64,000 bases of DNA, taken from the NCBI GenBank assembly GCA_013239625.1, contig MU053652.1, forward strand, positions 6,377,902 through 6,441,901, given 5' to 3'. This stretch comes from Lama guanicoe (lineage: Eukaryota). This document shows positions 46,561 to 59,352 of this stretch, one piece after another; the first letter of the stretch is position 1, and the number at the start of each line of letters is the position of its first letter. Position numbers and translations under genes: made by a program. The notes beneath the pieces were generated by a model. It saw only the letters and a list, made by a program, of their open reading frames with translations. It was not told where the DNA came from and ran no database searches.

Positions 46561-49304
46561 CTAATATTTATTGACTGACTACTCAGTGCCAATAAAAATC
46601 TCAAATTGAAAATTTACATTCTATTATTGTTTAACAAATATGATTGTTCTTCCCCATTTCCTTTTCCCCAGACATTTCAAATACATTTTAATTGGCTTAA
46701 TTTTCAATTTTAATACAAGCAAAATACTGGAGTAGTGAAATATTGATTTTGGTTTGATTTGTCATTCTGAGAAACTATATGATCCTTTGTTCTAACAGAA
46801 TTTAGTTCCCCAAGTTTCAGAATACAAAAATTTATTTAATGTCTTCCTAATGTGCTCAAATAACATACTCCAATGACTGATGAGATTGTCATTATTTCTA
46901 TGACATTTTATGTAAATGGATCAAAAATTATCCTGAATCAATCACCCTTCCATAGTTCTGATCCATCTTTCTGAACCTAGACTAACTGTAGGATACCACC
47001 TCAATTATATAATTTATGACTATTCTTAAATTATATGGCAGTTAGAATATACCAAGAGAGAAATAGAAGCATGAGTTTCATCTTCATGGATGCTAATTCG
47101 GTCCTATTCCCTGGCCTTTGACTTTTCACAAACTAACCATTTAATGTAATTATTTTTCATAATAAACAGCTGAATTAAGAGTTGGTAATACAGTACAGTT
47201 CTATGTCCTCTATTGGGCATACTTTACTGCCAATATCAATACTTTCAGCGACAAAAAGCAAGGTATATTTCAAAAGAAGTTTGTTGAATGCCTGAATATT
47301 TCTTATGGTATGAGTTTAATTTTATTCTGATATCAAGAAATGGGATTTAGCATCGAGAAAGAACCCAGAGGGGACAGAAGTAACAAAATGCATTATCAGA
47401 TTTAGTTTATAAAGTTTAATGATCAGAATAATACTCTTTGCAGTAAAGGGTACTTTCTCAGAAATTTAATATTAGATTTTGACTGCAAGTTTAGATTATT
47501 TGTATTTTACTTTATGGACATTTATACGTAATCACTTCCCATAAGATAACTATTTAGGGAATTTGATTAAAGCAAATAGACTGCACTGGGTTTTAACCAA
47601 TGGGGAGGGTTTGAAGTTTTCTGTTACTTTTCTCATCCTTCTACCTAAGTTAAATTTTAAAACATTTTATATTGTTTATAAACTATACCATAGTGTATAT
47701 TAATCTCTTCATTATAATTGTTGGATTTCTGTATTTATACTCTATTTTTTTTCATATATTTTCTATATCTAATCACAGACATACATGTTTCAAGGCCTAT
47801 CCCTCAGTATTTATACTCAATTTCAATTGATTGAAAATTTAATTTTAATGTTTAGCTTCTATCTATGCATTTTACCTTTATCTCTCATTACAGTCTTTCT
47901 TTAATTCCTTCTCTGTTACCTCTAATTTTAAATCTTTTCTGAGATGCCAAAGATGCCCTCCTCAAATCCACCTGTGACATACTGAATACCTCAAAATAAC
48001 TACTTTTCATTTATTTCTTCAATGATTCTTACAATATGGCCTCGATTTACTATTTGCAATTACAATCCAATCCTCTGCAATCTTTTACTCTAGTCCAGGT
48101 GAAATTCAGTAAACTACCAGATATATAAGATTCACCCTAGGAAGGTCAAAGATAGGGAGGCAGGGAACGGAATATTATGAGAGGAGTCAGTTTTGAGCAG
48201 TAGGAAGACAAAAAATATTAGGAAAATTCAGTATATAAGAAGTACTCTGAACTAGCAGTTACTTTACCTTAACCTTGCATCTTTGTTTGCAAACTTATCT
48301 GTCCCCTCAAAGCTGAGTCATGGTTTGGCATATTTAGTGTTGCTATCCAGACCGTAGCTTTAAAATTTTTAAAAAACTCACGTTGGCATCTGATGCTAGT
48401 CTCACTCTCCACCCTAGCTTATGTTCCATCACCCTGTAACATTAAGCTAGTCATTGGTGGCCTCCTCCTTACGGTTTGTTTGTACTGAGCATCTGCTTGA
48501 ATCCTACTCTGGGACACAGCCGAAGCGGATGGAGCTCTGCCTCAGAACTGCAACCACTTTCAGTAAGATGAGAGTCCAATGATAATCAGCTCCGTTGAAT
48601 ATCTGATTGAGCTTCACTTCTGACACATTCATTCTCTTTGTTGAAACTGCCCACTCTTTCGGTTCTTGATGGTGTATTATTTTAATTTTCTTAATTCTTC
48701 TCTGTCTTCTGTTTTCATGTTGTTTGTCTCCTTATCTTCCTCTACTTTCCTCTTAAATATCGTCGCTTCTTAGCTTTCTAAACTCTGTTCCATTTGCCCT
48801 CACTCTCTAAATACGTTTTACGGATGAGTTAATCCAATCTCAGGGATTCAAATATTACCAGTGGGCTTGTTTGTGTCTTCTAACATCTCGTGTATCCACA
48901 CTATCTAGATCAAACCCTTCCTTCCAAATCATGGAAATTGCTCTTGTCGTGGTTGCTAACACCTTCTGTGGTTGCTAAATGCAGCAGCTTATTTTCTATT
49001 CTCGTCTTCCTCGGTCTCACAGCAGCATTTTTCACTCAGTGGGCTTATCCTTTATTTTCGAAACACTTTTCTCTTGGTTCTCTTGACTTTCATTCTTTCT
49101 AACAGGCAGTTTTCTTTTCTCCTTGGTCTTCCTGTGCCCTACTTGCAAAATATGCATGCTTTGGGCCTTTTTTTTTTTTCCTGAACTGTCTTCTCTTGTT
49201 TAAATGAATTGTCTCCTTCAGTGATCTCATTCCATCTCGTATTCTAATCTTATTCTAGAGTAAGATATTAAGTGTGGAGCCAGGAAAGAGATCAGAACTG
49301 GAGA

Positions 49305-49352
49305 TATGGATGGATGGATAGATAGATAGATGGCTAGATAGATAGATAGATG
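49305..49352. repeat. (GATG)n/(GATA)n tetranucleotide repeat
   Basis: Seen directly. Confidence 0.9.
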
Positions 49353-49656
49353 GCAATATAAGATATTTCCAGTTATATATCTTATAGACATGCTGGAATC
49401 TAACTCGTATTTTCTTCTTCATAGGAAAAGAAAATACTAGTTGGCCCTCAATTTTCCCCATCTCAGTTAGTGAATCTATCACTATCCATACAGGTACTCA
49501 AGCCAAAAACTTCATCCAAGTCAGCTCATTCCTTCCACTCTCATATTCATTGTCAAGTCCTATTAGTTCATGTCCTGAATTGTATCTCGAATATTTCCAC
49601 TTATTTCTATCACATGGTCTTTACCTTGAGCAAGCCACAACCATCCAACCATCTCT

Positions 49657-50068
49657 TGTTTGGTGCAGTAGCCAACACTACTTTTAATCAATATCCATTT
49701 TCCTAATCTGAGGGAGAATTAGACTTTGCTGTCCCACTGACATCAGGTTTGACCACACGGCTGCTTTAGCAAATAAAATGTGAGCAGAGGTGAGACTTGC
49801 CACTTCCTAGCAGACATATTTAGAGATAACTATGCTTTACCTAGTCTTTTTCCCTTTTGAAAGAGTCATTGACAATGTTCCAGAGAACACATGCTTCATC
49901 AGCCTGGATTCCAGCCTGAGGATGGTGACGACGTACAGCAGAGACCTCGACAAGCCAGGACAGAAACGCTGTGTGTGTGAAAAATAAACCTCCGTTGCTA
50001 TGAGTCACTGATATTTTGGTGGTGTTTGTTAGCACGGGATCAGCTGTGCTGTCCTGACCAGTGTATCA
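49657..50068 (+). mobile_element. MaLR solo LTR (MLT1J-like)
   Basis: aaatgtgagcagaggtgag…ccacttcct…gcttcatcagcctgg…aaataaacctccgttgctatgagtcactga…tttgttagcac…tcctgac. Confidence 0.8.
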
Positions 50069-51559
50069 GACTAAAGGTGATATGCCTTCAACTGGTATCT
50101 CTAATTCACAGAGATATCTCCCACCATCCACTCCCCTTACCACAGGTAGTGTCATCCTTTCAAAGAACACTAAACTTTAACCCTTTCTTCCCCATTGATT
50201 TTTCATTTCCCCTAGAATAATATCGAAACTCCTTTCCATGGCCTCCATGGTGCTGCAGGGCCTGGTCCCTGCCTGCCTCTCCGACTTCCCCTCATGCCAC
50301 TCCCGACTGATTCTCTGCTTATTGTGCTGGTCTTCATTGTACTCCCTGGATATGTTAAAGGTATTACTCAGTGAGGCTTCTGGCCTTCCTGTTCTCAGTA
50401 CGTCGCTTAGTTCTTCACATGGCTGTCAGTTTCTCATTCGCCAGGTATTATTCATCTCCCCCTATGTCAGTTCCCTCCTTTCTGTGACCACCACATCCAT
50501 CGCAGTTTCCCTCGGCCCTACTCTTTCCATCACGCAGCAGTTACAATTTTCTGTGGGATTCTGAAGGTAACATGAAATATAGTGAGATGGCAACTGGTAA
50601 AATGGTAAAATGGCAACTCATGCAGGTCTCCATATTTTTCTCTGTTTAGTTTCACGGGGGCGTGGACCATGACTATTCACCTTTGTATCTCTAATACCCA
50701 GTACAACACAACACACAACGCGCAGCAGGCAATCAATCAGTGATTTGTTGAACTGAGTTAAATGTCTGTATATAGCCTTCCACCTTTACCTACTTCTGAA
50801 CAGATTAAGGATAAGAACAGATAAGAATGAGCAGTGAAGTTCTACAACAATTTTTGTCCTTGTGTAAATAAACGCCCTAAACAAAACTGCCTCATTTCTC
50901 CCCATACACACAAAGTGTCTTGGGATACTGACCGTTCCATTTCATAATATTTCAAGTGCTGGGTCTAAGCCACTTGATCAATTTACATAGGAAAGGTATT
51001 GCTCTCCTTTTTCATGTTATTTCTAAATTTCATTTTTGCCAGAGTAGCACGTGTAGATGAAAAGATATTTACAAAAACACAGAAAAACTTGTAATTTAAA
51101 GCAACACATACTCATTTATTTCTCTTCCCATCCTCAGGCCCATTCACAGATAAAAACTTTTTAAAAACTATTTCTACTTTTATAAATTCATTTGCTGAGT
51201 ACATCCATAATTAATATGGAAGAATTGTGAGGTACTAGATAATCATCTTTCATAAAGGAGGCTGTAAGTCACATCTTCCTATCTACACAGTATAAAAATT
51301 AATTGTTATAGATGTATTACTTGTACTGAACTACTCACTAGCTGGGTTTGTATATATTCTGAGAGGAAACCAATGTAATAAATTTTTTAAAAAGTCACAC
51401 ACAATAAGAGGAAAAGATAAACGCAAAAAAAATACCATAATTCCAATGCTGAAGGCTTGAAATAAGAACAACTTCGGAAATAAAAAACGAATTTTAATAA
51501 TAGGAGAGGTTCAAAAGAGATGATGTTCACTTACCTATACAAATGCTTTCAAGAAGCTT

Positions 51560-51770
51560 TTTCTGTTTGGGTACCTTTAACTTTACGTTATTATCATATT
51601 TAATATCTGCAATGAGATTATCAAGAGGGTATCAAATAGTGAAATGTGTAATTATGCAAATGAGGAAACAAGCTCAGAGTCATTCAGTGACTGAGGAAAA
51701 CCAGGAAATGGTAAAATCTGTCCTCAAGACTTCAGTGTTACGATAACAAGTTTAATATTCTTCTGTTATA
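51560..51770 (-). mobile_element. MIR SINE
   Basis: attatgcaaatgaggaaacaagctcagag…agtgact is the antisense MIR core. Confidence 0.6.
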
Positions 51771-52453
51771 TTGGCATTGGCTCTGAGGTCTGGGAAAGTA
51801 AAATTAGATTGCATATTATCACCTTTTCTACTTTTATCATTTTACTGGCTAAGCTACAAATATGGAATTTTGGTTGGCATTTAAATATGATTTTTATTCA
51901 TTCTATTGGAAAATCGCAATTTTTTAATTTGTTTTCTCCTTGCTGATATGAACTATGCAGGCATTCTTCTCAATCACAACCAATTCTCAATTAAAAACAG
52001 GAAAAAGAGTCAGAAAAATAATTCTTTATTACTTGGATTGGTACTGATGTCCAAAGGATTGTGAAAGAGAAAAAAAAAATGAATCTACATATTCCTCCAC
52101 TAATCAGACAACTCAAGGCTACTGTGTCCAAAAATCAATCTGCATATGTTCTTAAGAAGGTCTTTTTGTTCTCCTGTTTACCCAGTATGTAGATTTTATA
52201 GCTAAAGGAATTTTCCTACTTTAATTTAGACATTAGTTCAAACTTTGGCCTTAATGCAGTTCTAGAATATTAAAGTAAATAACAAAAAAGAGCTGAAAAA
52301 TCTTACAAATTTAGTCATAGAATACAAATAGTGGATGAAGTTTTATGAACTATTATAAATATTAAAGACTGAAGGCAACTGCCAAATTCTGTGCCTTGTG
52401 TATAATTATCACATTTCCTTTAAAACAAGAAAACTGGTATAATTTAAATCAAG

Positions 52454-52864
52454 GATTGTCATTCTAAGTAAGCCAGAAAGAAAGAAAAATATCATATGAT
52501 ACCACTCACGTGTGAAATCTAAAAAAAAAGATAAATGAACTTATTTATAAAACAGAAACAGATTCACAGACATAGAAAACAAACTTATCGTTACCGGGTC
52601 AGTAAGGGGGTGGGGATGGGGTTAGGGATAAACTGGGAGTTCGAGACTTGCAGATAGTAACTACTATACAGAGAACAGATAAACAACAAGTTTACACTGT
52701 GTAGCACAGGGAACTATATTCAATTTCTTGTAGTAACCTATAATGAAAAAGAATATGAAAACAAATACATATATTATGTATACTATATATATACTATTAT
52801 GCTGTACACCAGAAGTTGACACATTGTAAACTGACTATAACTTCGATTAAAAATAAATAAATAG
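52454..52864 (+). mobile_element. Young camelid-type L1 3' end (5'-truncated) with TSD
   Basis: attctaagtaagccagaaag…aaatgaacttatttataaaacagaaacagattcacagacatagaaaacaaactta…agcacagggaactatattcaa…; 15-bp TSD ataatttaaatcaag (52439-52453) and ataatttaaattgag (52865-52879). Confidence 0.93.
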
Positions 52865-53801
52865 ATAATTTAAATTGAGCTCTCTTCTAATTATGTTTTA
52901 CAAAGCAATCCATCAGACATAATCATGAGAATACACGAAAAATTTTCTTTACTTAAAATCCAAAGATAGCCACAATAAGTTTATATGGGCAATTTAATTT
53001 TCAAATAAATTTAGTAGCTTATAAATTTTCAGATATGTTTACTACAGTGAGCACAGTGAAGAAACTCTGAGAAAAACAAACTACAATGCTCTACATCCTT
53101 GCCGGTCCCCTGCAACACAACAATCTTTTTTTCCTTCTCCTCTTATCATACTAAAAATTTACTTTGACTCCCTTACACACGCAAGTACCTGCTGGCTGGC
53201 TGTCCAGAATCCACAGCACTCAGCTCAGATACTTGCATTCAGTAGTCTCTTATATTCTCACTTGTGACATATCTTGAGTAGTTACAGGATGTTTCATAAA
53301 TTCATCATGTTAAACTCTGTCCTCCTAACTGAAACACAAAATTCGTGAGATCACTATTTCAGAACCCCTCAGAACCCATCAAAATTACTCTCGAAGAAGT
53401 GGTGAGATTGTTTCCAAACAGCTAGAGTACTTTCATGATATTTCCCCAGATCACAAAATAATGTTTTCTCTACCTAATTCATTTCATTAAAAAAAAAATG
53501 CTAGATTTGAAATCAAGTTCTTCATTGTTTAAAATACCATTTACCTAAGAGCTAGATACAAACTTTATTTTTTTAAATGCTTAAGAATTTGTTTTACCTT
53601 TATACAATTGTTTTTTTAAGTATTTTTTCTTTCATATGGTGACAATTTTCCCTAACAATCCACATTTTTATATAAAAAGAAAAAACGCAAAAATTTTAAG
53701 TGTCTTAATGCTGACCTTCTCAACGTCTATCTTCAAATGTCCTCACTATCTATGTTATCTCCCTATTGGCATAACAACTTTTTCCTTTACCAGGACACTA
53801 G

Positions 53802-54280
53802 AGTGGACTGAAATAAATGCGCAGCCTAAAAGTTGAGAGTCATGTCTTATTTGGCGGGAGGACTCGAGCTGGGATGACAGCCTCTCAGATCGCTCTGACG
53901 GACTGCTCCGAAGAGGTAGGGGAGGAGCTAGGATATACAGGAGCTTTACAACAAAGACCAGGTAGTTGCAACATTAAAAGATTGCCTGTTAACTAAAGAA
54001 AACCAGGCATCTCAAGTTGAACAACTTAGCGCTTTTGTATGTATGGGAGGAAGCGAACATTTGGGCTCATTGAATTCGTTCCTTTGACAAGCACCTAGCT
54101 ATCTAGGGCCAGCATCCTGTCCTTTCTTATTCCGAGTCCCCTCAGGGTGCACCATTGTGAGTGGCTGCAGAGGCCGGGCTGCAGGCTTGTCTTCACTGGG
54201 GGGTGGTGGCAGCCGCTGATGACTTGAGGGTTTCCGCATTCTTTGCTTACTGATACGGTTTGCAGTATGTTCCGTTCACA
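53802..54280 (-). mobile_element. Relatively young ERV1-class solo LTR
   Basis: Reverse strand starts TGTGAACGG and has U3-R-U5-like order (tatatcctagctcc…ctgagaggctgtc…aaataagac…ttttaggctgcgc); CpG-rich; 4-bp TSD CTAG at 53798-53801 and 54281-54284. Confidence 0.88.
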
Positions 54281-54570
54281 CTAGCCACTTTGAAAAGTTA
54301 TTAACTGATATCATGTCTTTTACATAAATGAGATAATGCATATAAAACTCTAGAAACAGTGACTGGTACATAGTAAAAACTAATAAATGATAAAAATTTT
54401 ATTACATTTTACCCATAAATTGATGGCTTAATTTCTTTTCCAAAGCACTAAACTCCGAATAGTGTGCAGGGTAATCAAATATTTTTCTTTCTTTAAAAAA
54501 GTTAGAATAAGTAAAAACAAATTAATAATATTAATAATACTGCCTAGTTTATTGTTTCCAATTCTCCACC

Positions 54571-54883
54571 TGTAATAGAGAATAACCTTTGTTTTGTTGG
54601 AAGTTTATGGGGACACCATGACCTAGCCCACGGGGATGGCTGCAAGAACAAAGACTGCCTGCAGCAAGAAGTTTGCAACCATCAACCACATCCCCTCCCT
54701 TGTATTTTGTATAAAAGGAGCCTGTATTCTGACCAGAGCAGGATGGTTCTCCAAGACATTAGTCTGCCATCCTCTCCGTCTCCTGGCTTTCTGAATAAAG
54801 TCGCTATTCCTTTCCCCCACACCTCATCTCCCGATTTATTGGCCTGTCGTGTGGCGAGCAGAACAAGTTTGGACTCGGCAACA
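54571..54883 (+). mobile_element. ERV1-class solo LTR (~313 bp)
   Basis: TG…CA ends (tgtaatagag…ggcaaca), TATAAAA at ~54710, AATAAA at ~54794, near-TSD CACC/CATC. Confidence 0.82.
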
Positions 54884-55394
54884 CATCCCTAGCATACTTA
54901 ACCTAAATAAGTTATGTTTTCAAAGCAATACTTTTTCTTTCACTTGAAAATGTAAGAATCAAAGATATCTGTTTCTAATACAAGTTATATTTTACTCTTG
55001 TAATCAAATTGAATTCTCTTTACATAGCATTCAGTACAGAACGTATTTCCATTTTATCCCAGTGAATTCAGTAAGTGAATGAGAACCACTGTCTAAAAAC
55101 TACTGAGAACGCTAATGCTATATTAATCAGCTGTGCATTTATTTTGTCCTTTAAGTAAGTGGAAGATCAATTAACAGCATATTCTAAATTGTGTGCCAAG
55201 TAGGAATGCTGAAAGAACAACGGGTATAGTGTTCATCCTTCTTGAGTTGACAAGCAGACTATGATGAGCTGTATATCAAAGATATACCTACATGTTCTTT
55301 TTGAAAGGTATTTGGAAAGATTTTTCTTTCTTTAGAAAACAATACAAATATCTGTTATCTAGAGCTTGCATTCTACATTTCCTTTTTTTTTTAG

Positions 55395-55477
55395 AAATGT
55401 CTCAAGAGACAATTTAAAAAAACAGTCTCTGTTTTGATTGAGAACATTATTCATTGTGAGACTGAGGTGACAACCAG
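55395..55477 (+). other. Candidate 83-nt spliced exon
   Basis: Acceptor catttcc(t)10ag and donor CAG|GTAAGC; one open frame (KCLKRQFKKTVSVLIENIIHCETEVTT), not recognised. Confidence 0.3.
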
Positions 55478-56089
55478 GTAAGCATGTCAAAGAGTTCTTA
55501 GATAACTGAGGGCATTTTAGAGTCGTCCCTTAAAACGTTACATTCTCTATACACAGGTAAGAAATAAAACTCAGAAAAACACAGCACTCAGCTATTTGTG
55601 CTTAGCTCTAATTGATCACATTCCTGCTTTGGCTATGAATGTGGCTGGGGTTCTTGAAGCTGTTTTCTAGCTTTGTTTTATTTTAAATTCATCAGTGGTA
55701 TTGACTGAAAAAAGCACTTTTCAAATAATCAGAAAAAGTAAATTCAGGACCTAACTAGCAGCCATCTAGCTTAACTGAGTTACCTATGTACTCCTTCTAA
55801 AGGAATTTGGACTTGAACTTCCAGGTAGAATGCAGAGGAATGCAAAACACTTTTTTATGTCACACGATAACAACAAAAAAAACCAGGAAAATAAAGACCA
55901 TACTTTAATATTGGGCAAGCAAAGAACACCTTGCCCCATTATTCCAGGAGTGTCTATCAAGCTAATGCCTTGTTTGTCAAAAAGTTTTCTAAGTGACACA
56001 TCCCAATGATTTATAAGTTATAACAAGTGGATAGTAAATTCTATTAGTTATCTATCTTATGGATTGATAACTCACATTATGTTTTCATA

Positions 56090-58670
56090 GAAATTTCCAC
56101 ATTGTAAAACACAAATTTGTAAACATTTCCTGAGAGTGAAAGATACAGTGCAACCCACTGGCCAAAAACATAAGGAGACAATCACCTGCGGGGAAAGGCA
56201 GAATGTGGCCACCTAACTGGGAGACGTAGCTGCGCTCGGTTGAGAAGAATTTAACGACGGGAGTTAACAAATTAGTGGAGGCAACAGTGAACTTGAAAGA
56301 GAAAAAGAAAGACCTAGAAGCCAAAGACTCGGCAGAATTTGTACACTCTCCAAGGCTTTCCTGTTACAGACTCAACCAGGTAGTCTCAGAAGCCAAAGTG
56401 GTGCGAGAGCTACCTTGTCAGAGAGTGTGCAAGCCTGGAGACATTCGAGAAAACTTTTAAAGTGCTGAGAGGAATTGAAATTCCGGCAACAAAGATTTCT
56501 TTACTCAGTGCAACTCTGATTTCAAAAATGAAGCTGAAAGATAGACTTCCTTAAAGAAACACAATTTGAGATAATTTCCAGTAGAGTTACACCATAAAAC
56601 TTCTAAAGGAAGTTTTTTTTTTCTCCTTTGGCAAAAGAAATATGTTACTATACAGAAACTAGAATCTATATAGACACATGCATAGATAAAAAAAAAACAA
56701 TAAAAGTTAAATAAAGGAAGGTAAAACAAAAGAACTATTTATTTGATCTAAAAAAAAAATCTACCTAAAACAAAAACAGCAATGAGCTATGGGTTATAGC
56801 ATAAATAAATTAAAATGTATAGCAACAATAGCATAAAAGATGCGAGGAAGGAATTGAGAATACACTGTTGTGAGAAATACAACATATGAGTCTATATAAT
56901 AGTATTTGTTGGTATACTTTGATTAAAGATATCTATCAGTAACCCTAGCACAAATATTTAAAATTTTTTAAAGTTATCAATAATAAATCAAAAAAATATA
57001 AAATATAATCATAAAATAGTAAATTATTTTGAGAGAAGATAGAACAAAGGATAACAGAAACAAAAAGAAATGAAACATAAAGTAGCTAGTAAAATCCTAG
57101 ACTTTAATTCAATTGTTACAATAATAATTTTAAAGACTTTATGTATCAATTAACCAACAGAGATTGGAGAATTATATAAAAAATCCAAGACCCTAGTATA
57201 TACTGCCTATAAGAAACATGTTAAATTTAGATGTACTATTATAAATAGGTTAAAAATAAAGAGATCAAGGCAGATGTACCATGCAAATACTTATCAAGAG
57301 AAAGCTGGAGTAGCTATATTAATTTCAGACAAAGCAGGGTTCAGCACAGGAAACAGTATCTGAGATAATGAGGGACATTACATAATTCAAAGAAATCAGT
57401 AATCTAACAAGATATAACTGTAACAATCAAATATGTATGTACTTTCCAACAGAACATTCACATATGTAAGACAAAACCCATTTTCTCACAAATACACAAA
57501 TATACAATTAAGTTTGGAGATCTCACTCATGTTTCAGTAACTGATAGAACAAGTAATCACGAAATCAGTAGGTACATAGGTCATCTGAGCAGCATTATCA
57601 TTCAACTTGACCTAACTAACATTTAGAGAAAGCTCCTTCACACAACAGAAGAATACGTATGCTTCTTAAGTGCACATGGAACATTCACCAAGATCACATT
57701 TAGGGCCATAAAAGAAAACTTAAAACATGTAAGAGTAGAAATCATATAAAACATTGTCTAATGTACAGTAGAATTAAACTATCAGTAACAACAAAAAGTA
57801 CCTGGAAAATCACCACATATTTGGAAATTACATCATACACTTCTAAATAGCAAATGGTCAAAAAGGAATTTTCAAGAGAAATCAAAACATATTTTGAATG
57901 AAAATGTAATAACAATGATACAATTAAGCAGCACTTTCAGAGAAATATATTTATAGCTTTAAAATCTTATTAGAACAAATCAATAATCTAAGTTTCACCT
58001 TCAGAACCTAGAATATTAAGAGCAAATTTAATGCAAAGGAAAATAAAAGGAAAGAAATACCAAAGATAAGGGGAGAAATCAATAAAATTGAGAACAGAAA
58101 AATTATATAGAAAACCAATGAACCCAAAAGCTGGCTTCTTAAAAGGATTATGGACATTGATAAACTTCTAGACAGATGACTCAGAAAAAAGAGAATTAGA
58201 CAAAAATGGCTAATGGCAGTACTGAAAGAGGACATCACTTCAGACCCCACAGACATGAAAAGGAAAATAAGAAAATACTATAAAAAAACCTTACAGTCAA
58301 AAACTTTCACAAGTTAAATAAAATGGACCAATTCCTTAACAAAAACTACCAAAACCCTCTAAGGATGAAATAGATAAACCTGGATAATCATATACCTATT
58401 ACATAAATGGAATTCATAGTTTGAAACTTCCTGAAAATGAAATCTCCAGTACTTACATGGTCTAACAAGAGAATTTTACCAAAGATTGTAAAAAAATGAT
58501 ATAATCTGTATAGTCTGTTTCAGAAAGTAGAAGAGGGAATATTTCCAGTTTATGAAGCCATCATTAAAACCAGACAAAGACATTGAAAGACAAGGAAACT
58601 ACAGACCAACTTCCTCATGAATGTGGACCCAGAAATACTGAATGAAGAATATCAGATTGAATTCAATCCT
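56090..58670 (+). mobile_element. Ancient L1M: degenerate ORF1, inter-ORF and ORF2 endonuclease/linker (pseudogenised)
   Basis: ORF1 C-terminal-like cttttaaagtgctgag…ttcaaaaatgaagctgaa; endonuclease motifs aaagctggagtagctatattaatttcagacaaa (KAGVAILISDK), gagggacattacata (EGHYI), agtgcacatggaacattcaccaagat (SAHGTFTK); later aaaagctggcttctt and aaactacagaccaa. The 5' boundary (56090-56430) is less certain. Confidence 0.88.
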
Positions 58671-59352
58671 ATTTTACTTCTTCTTTCATAAAGTTGTCCA
58701 GATTCTCTTGCATAGAGATTTCAGCCTCTCATTTATTGGTAGCCCACTGGGTTACTGCTAAAGATGATTAATTTTCTCTGATAGGTGGCCTATAGTAGTT
58801 AAAGTTCATTAAAAATCATTCAAGTTCCACATTTGGGATTCCTCGGAGACATCTTTTTTCGCTTTTTTTTTCTTGTGTATAAGCCACACTTTTCTATCTC
58901 TTTATGCAACTCATAATTTTTTATTGAACACTAGCCATTTGATATAACAGTAATCAGATTTTACCTAATTTGTTTGGATTTATGATTATGGCTGGTTGTT
59001 GTTGTCATTGTAGTAGTTTGCTGATAATAATTATTTGTTTAACACTTTTCCTGGACTAATTTTTTATAGTCTCTATTATTCATCAAGTGCAGCCACTGAG
59101 GTCTATGCTTCATTGACTTCGTGGTCAGATAATGATCAGACAGTGATATCCTTAACTCATTTGAACCAGTGAGTCTCCCAGTCTTTGCCTTGGAGCTCTG
59201 CATGCTATGGGGAATGATTTTAGTGTTCCAGCAGGAAGCTGACAACTCCAGCTTAGCCTTCATCTTCTGCTTACATAGACCGTCAGGGTCAGCCACAGGT
59301 GAGAATTCAGGCTCTTCTCAGCACTTCCCTGTACATTCACACAGCCCTGCAC
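58670..59352 (-). mobile_element. L1M (L1MD-like) 5' UTR/ORF1-start fragment in opposite orientation
   Basis: ttcttgtgtataagccacacttttc…cataattttttattgaacactagccattt; gcagccactgaggtct…gctgacaactccagcttagccttcatcttctgctt…cacagccctgcac resemble the antisense L1MD 5' region. Confidence 0.65.

Larger units (their letters stand above)
48560..50760 (+). mobile_element. L2 LINE 3' region (fragmented, interrupted by MLT1J)
   Basis: tctcacagcagcattt…tctatcactatccatacaggtactcaagccaaaa…catggcctccatggtgctgcagggcctggtccctgcctgcctctcc…ctttgtatctctaatacccag…atttgttgaactga. Confidence 0.7.

Noticed and set aside
51528..51575. Strong minus-strand donor AG|GTAAGT
   Set aside because: No pyrimidine-rich acceptor upstream, and it borders a MIR.
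58008..58256. Hydrophobic 82-aa ORF resembling a membrane protein
   Set aside because: Antisense translation of A-rich L1 ORF2 sequence.
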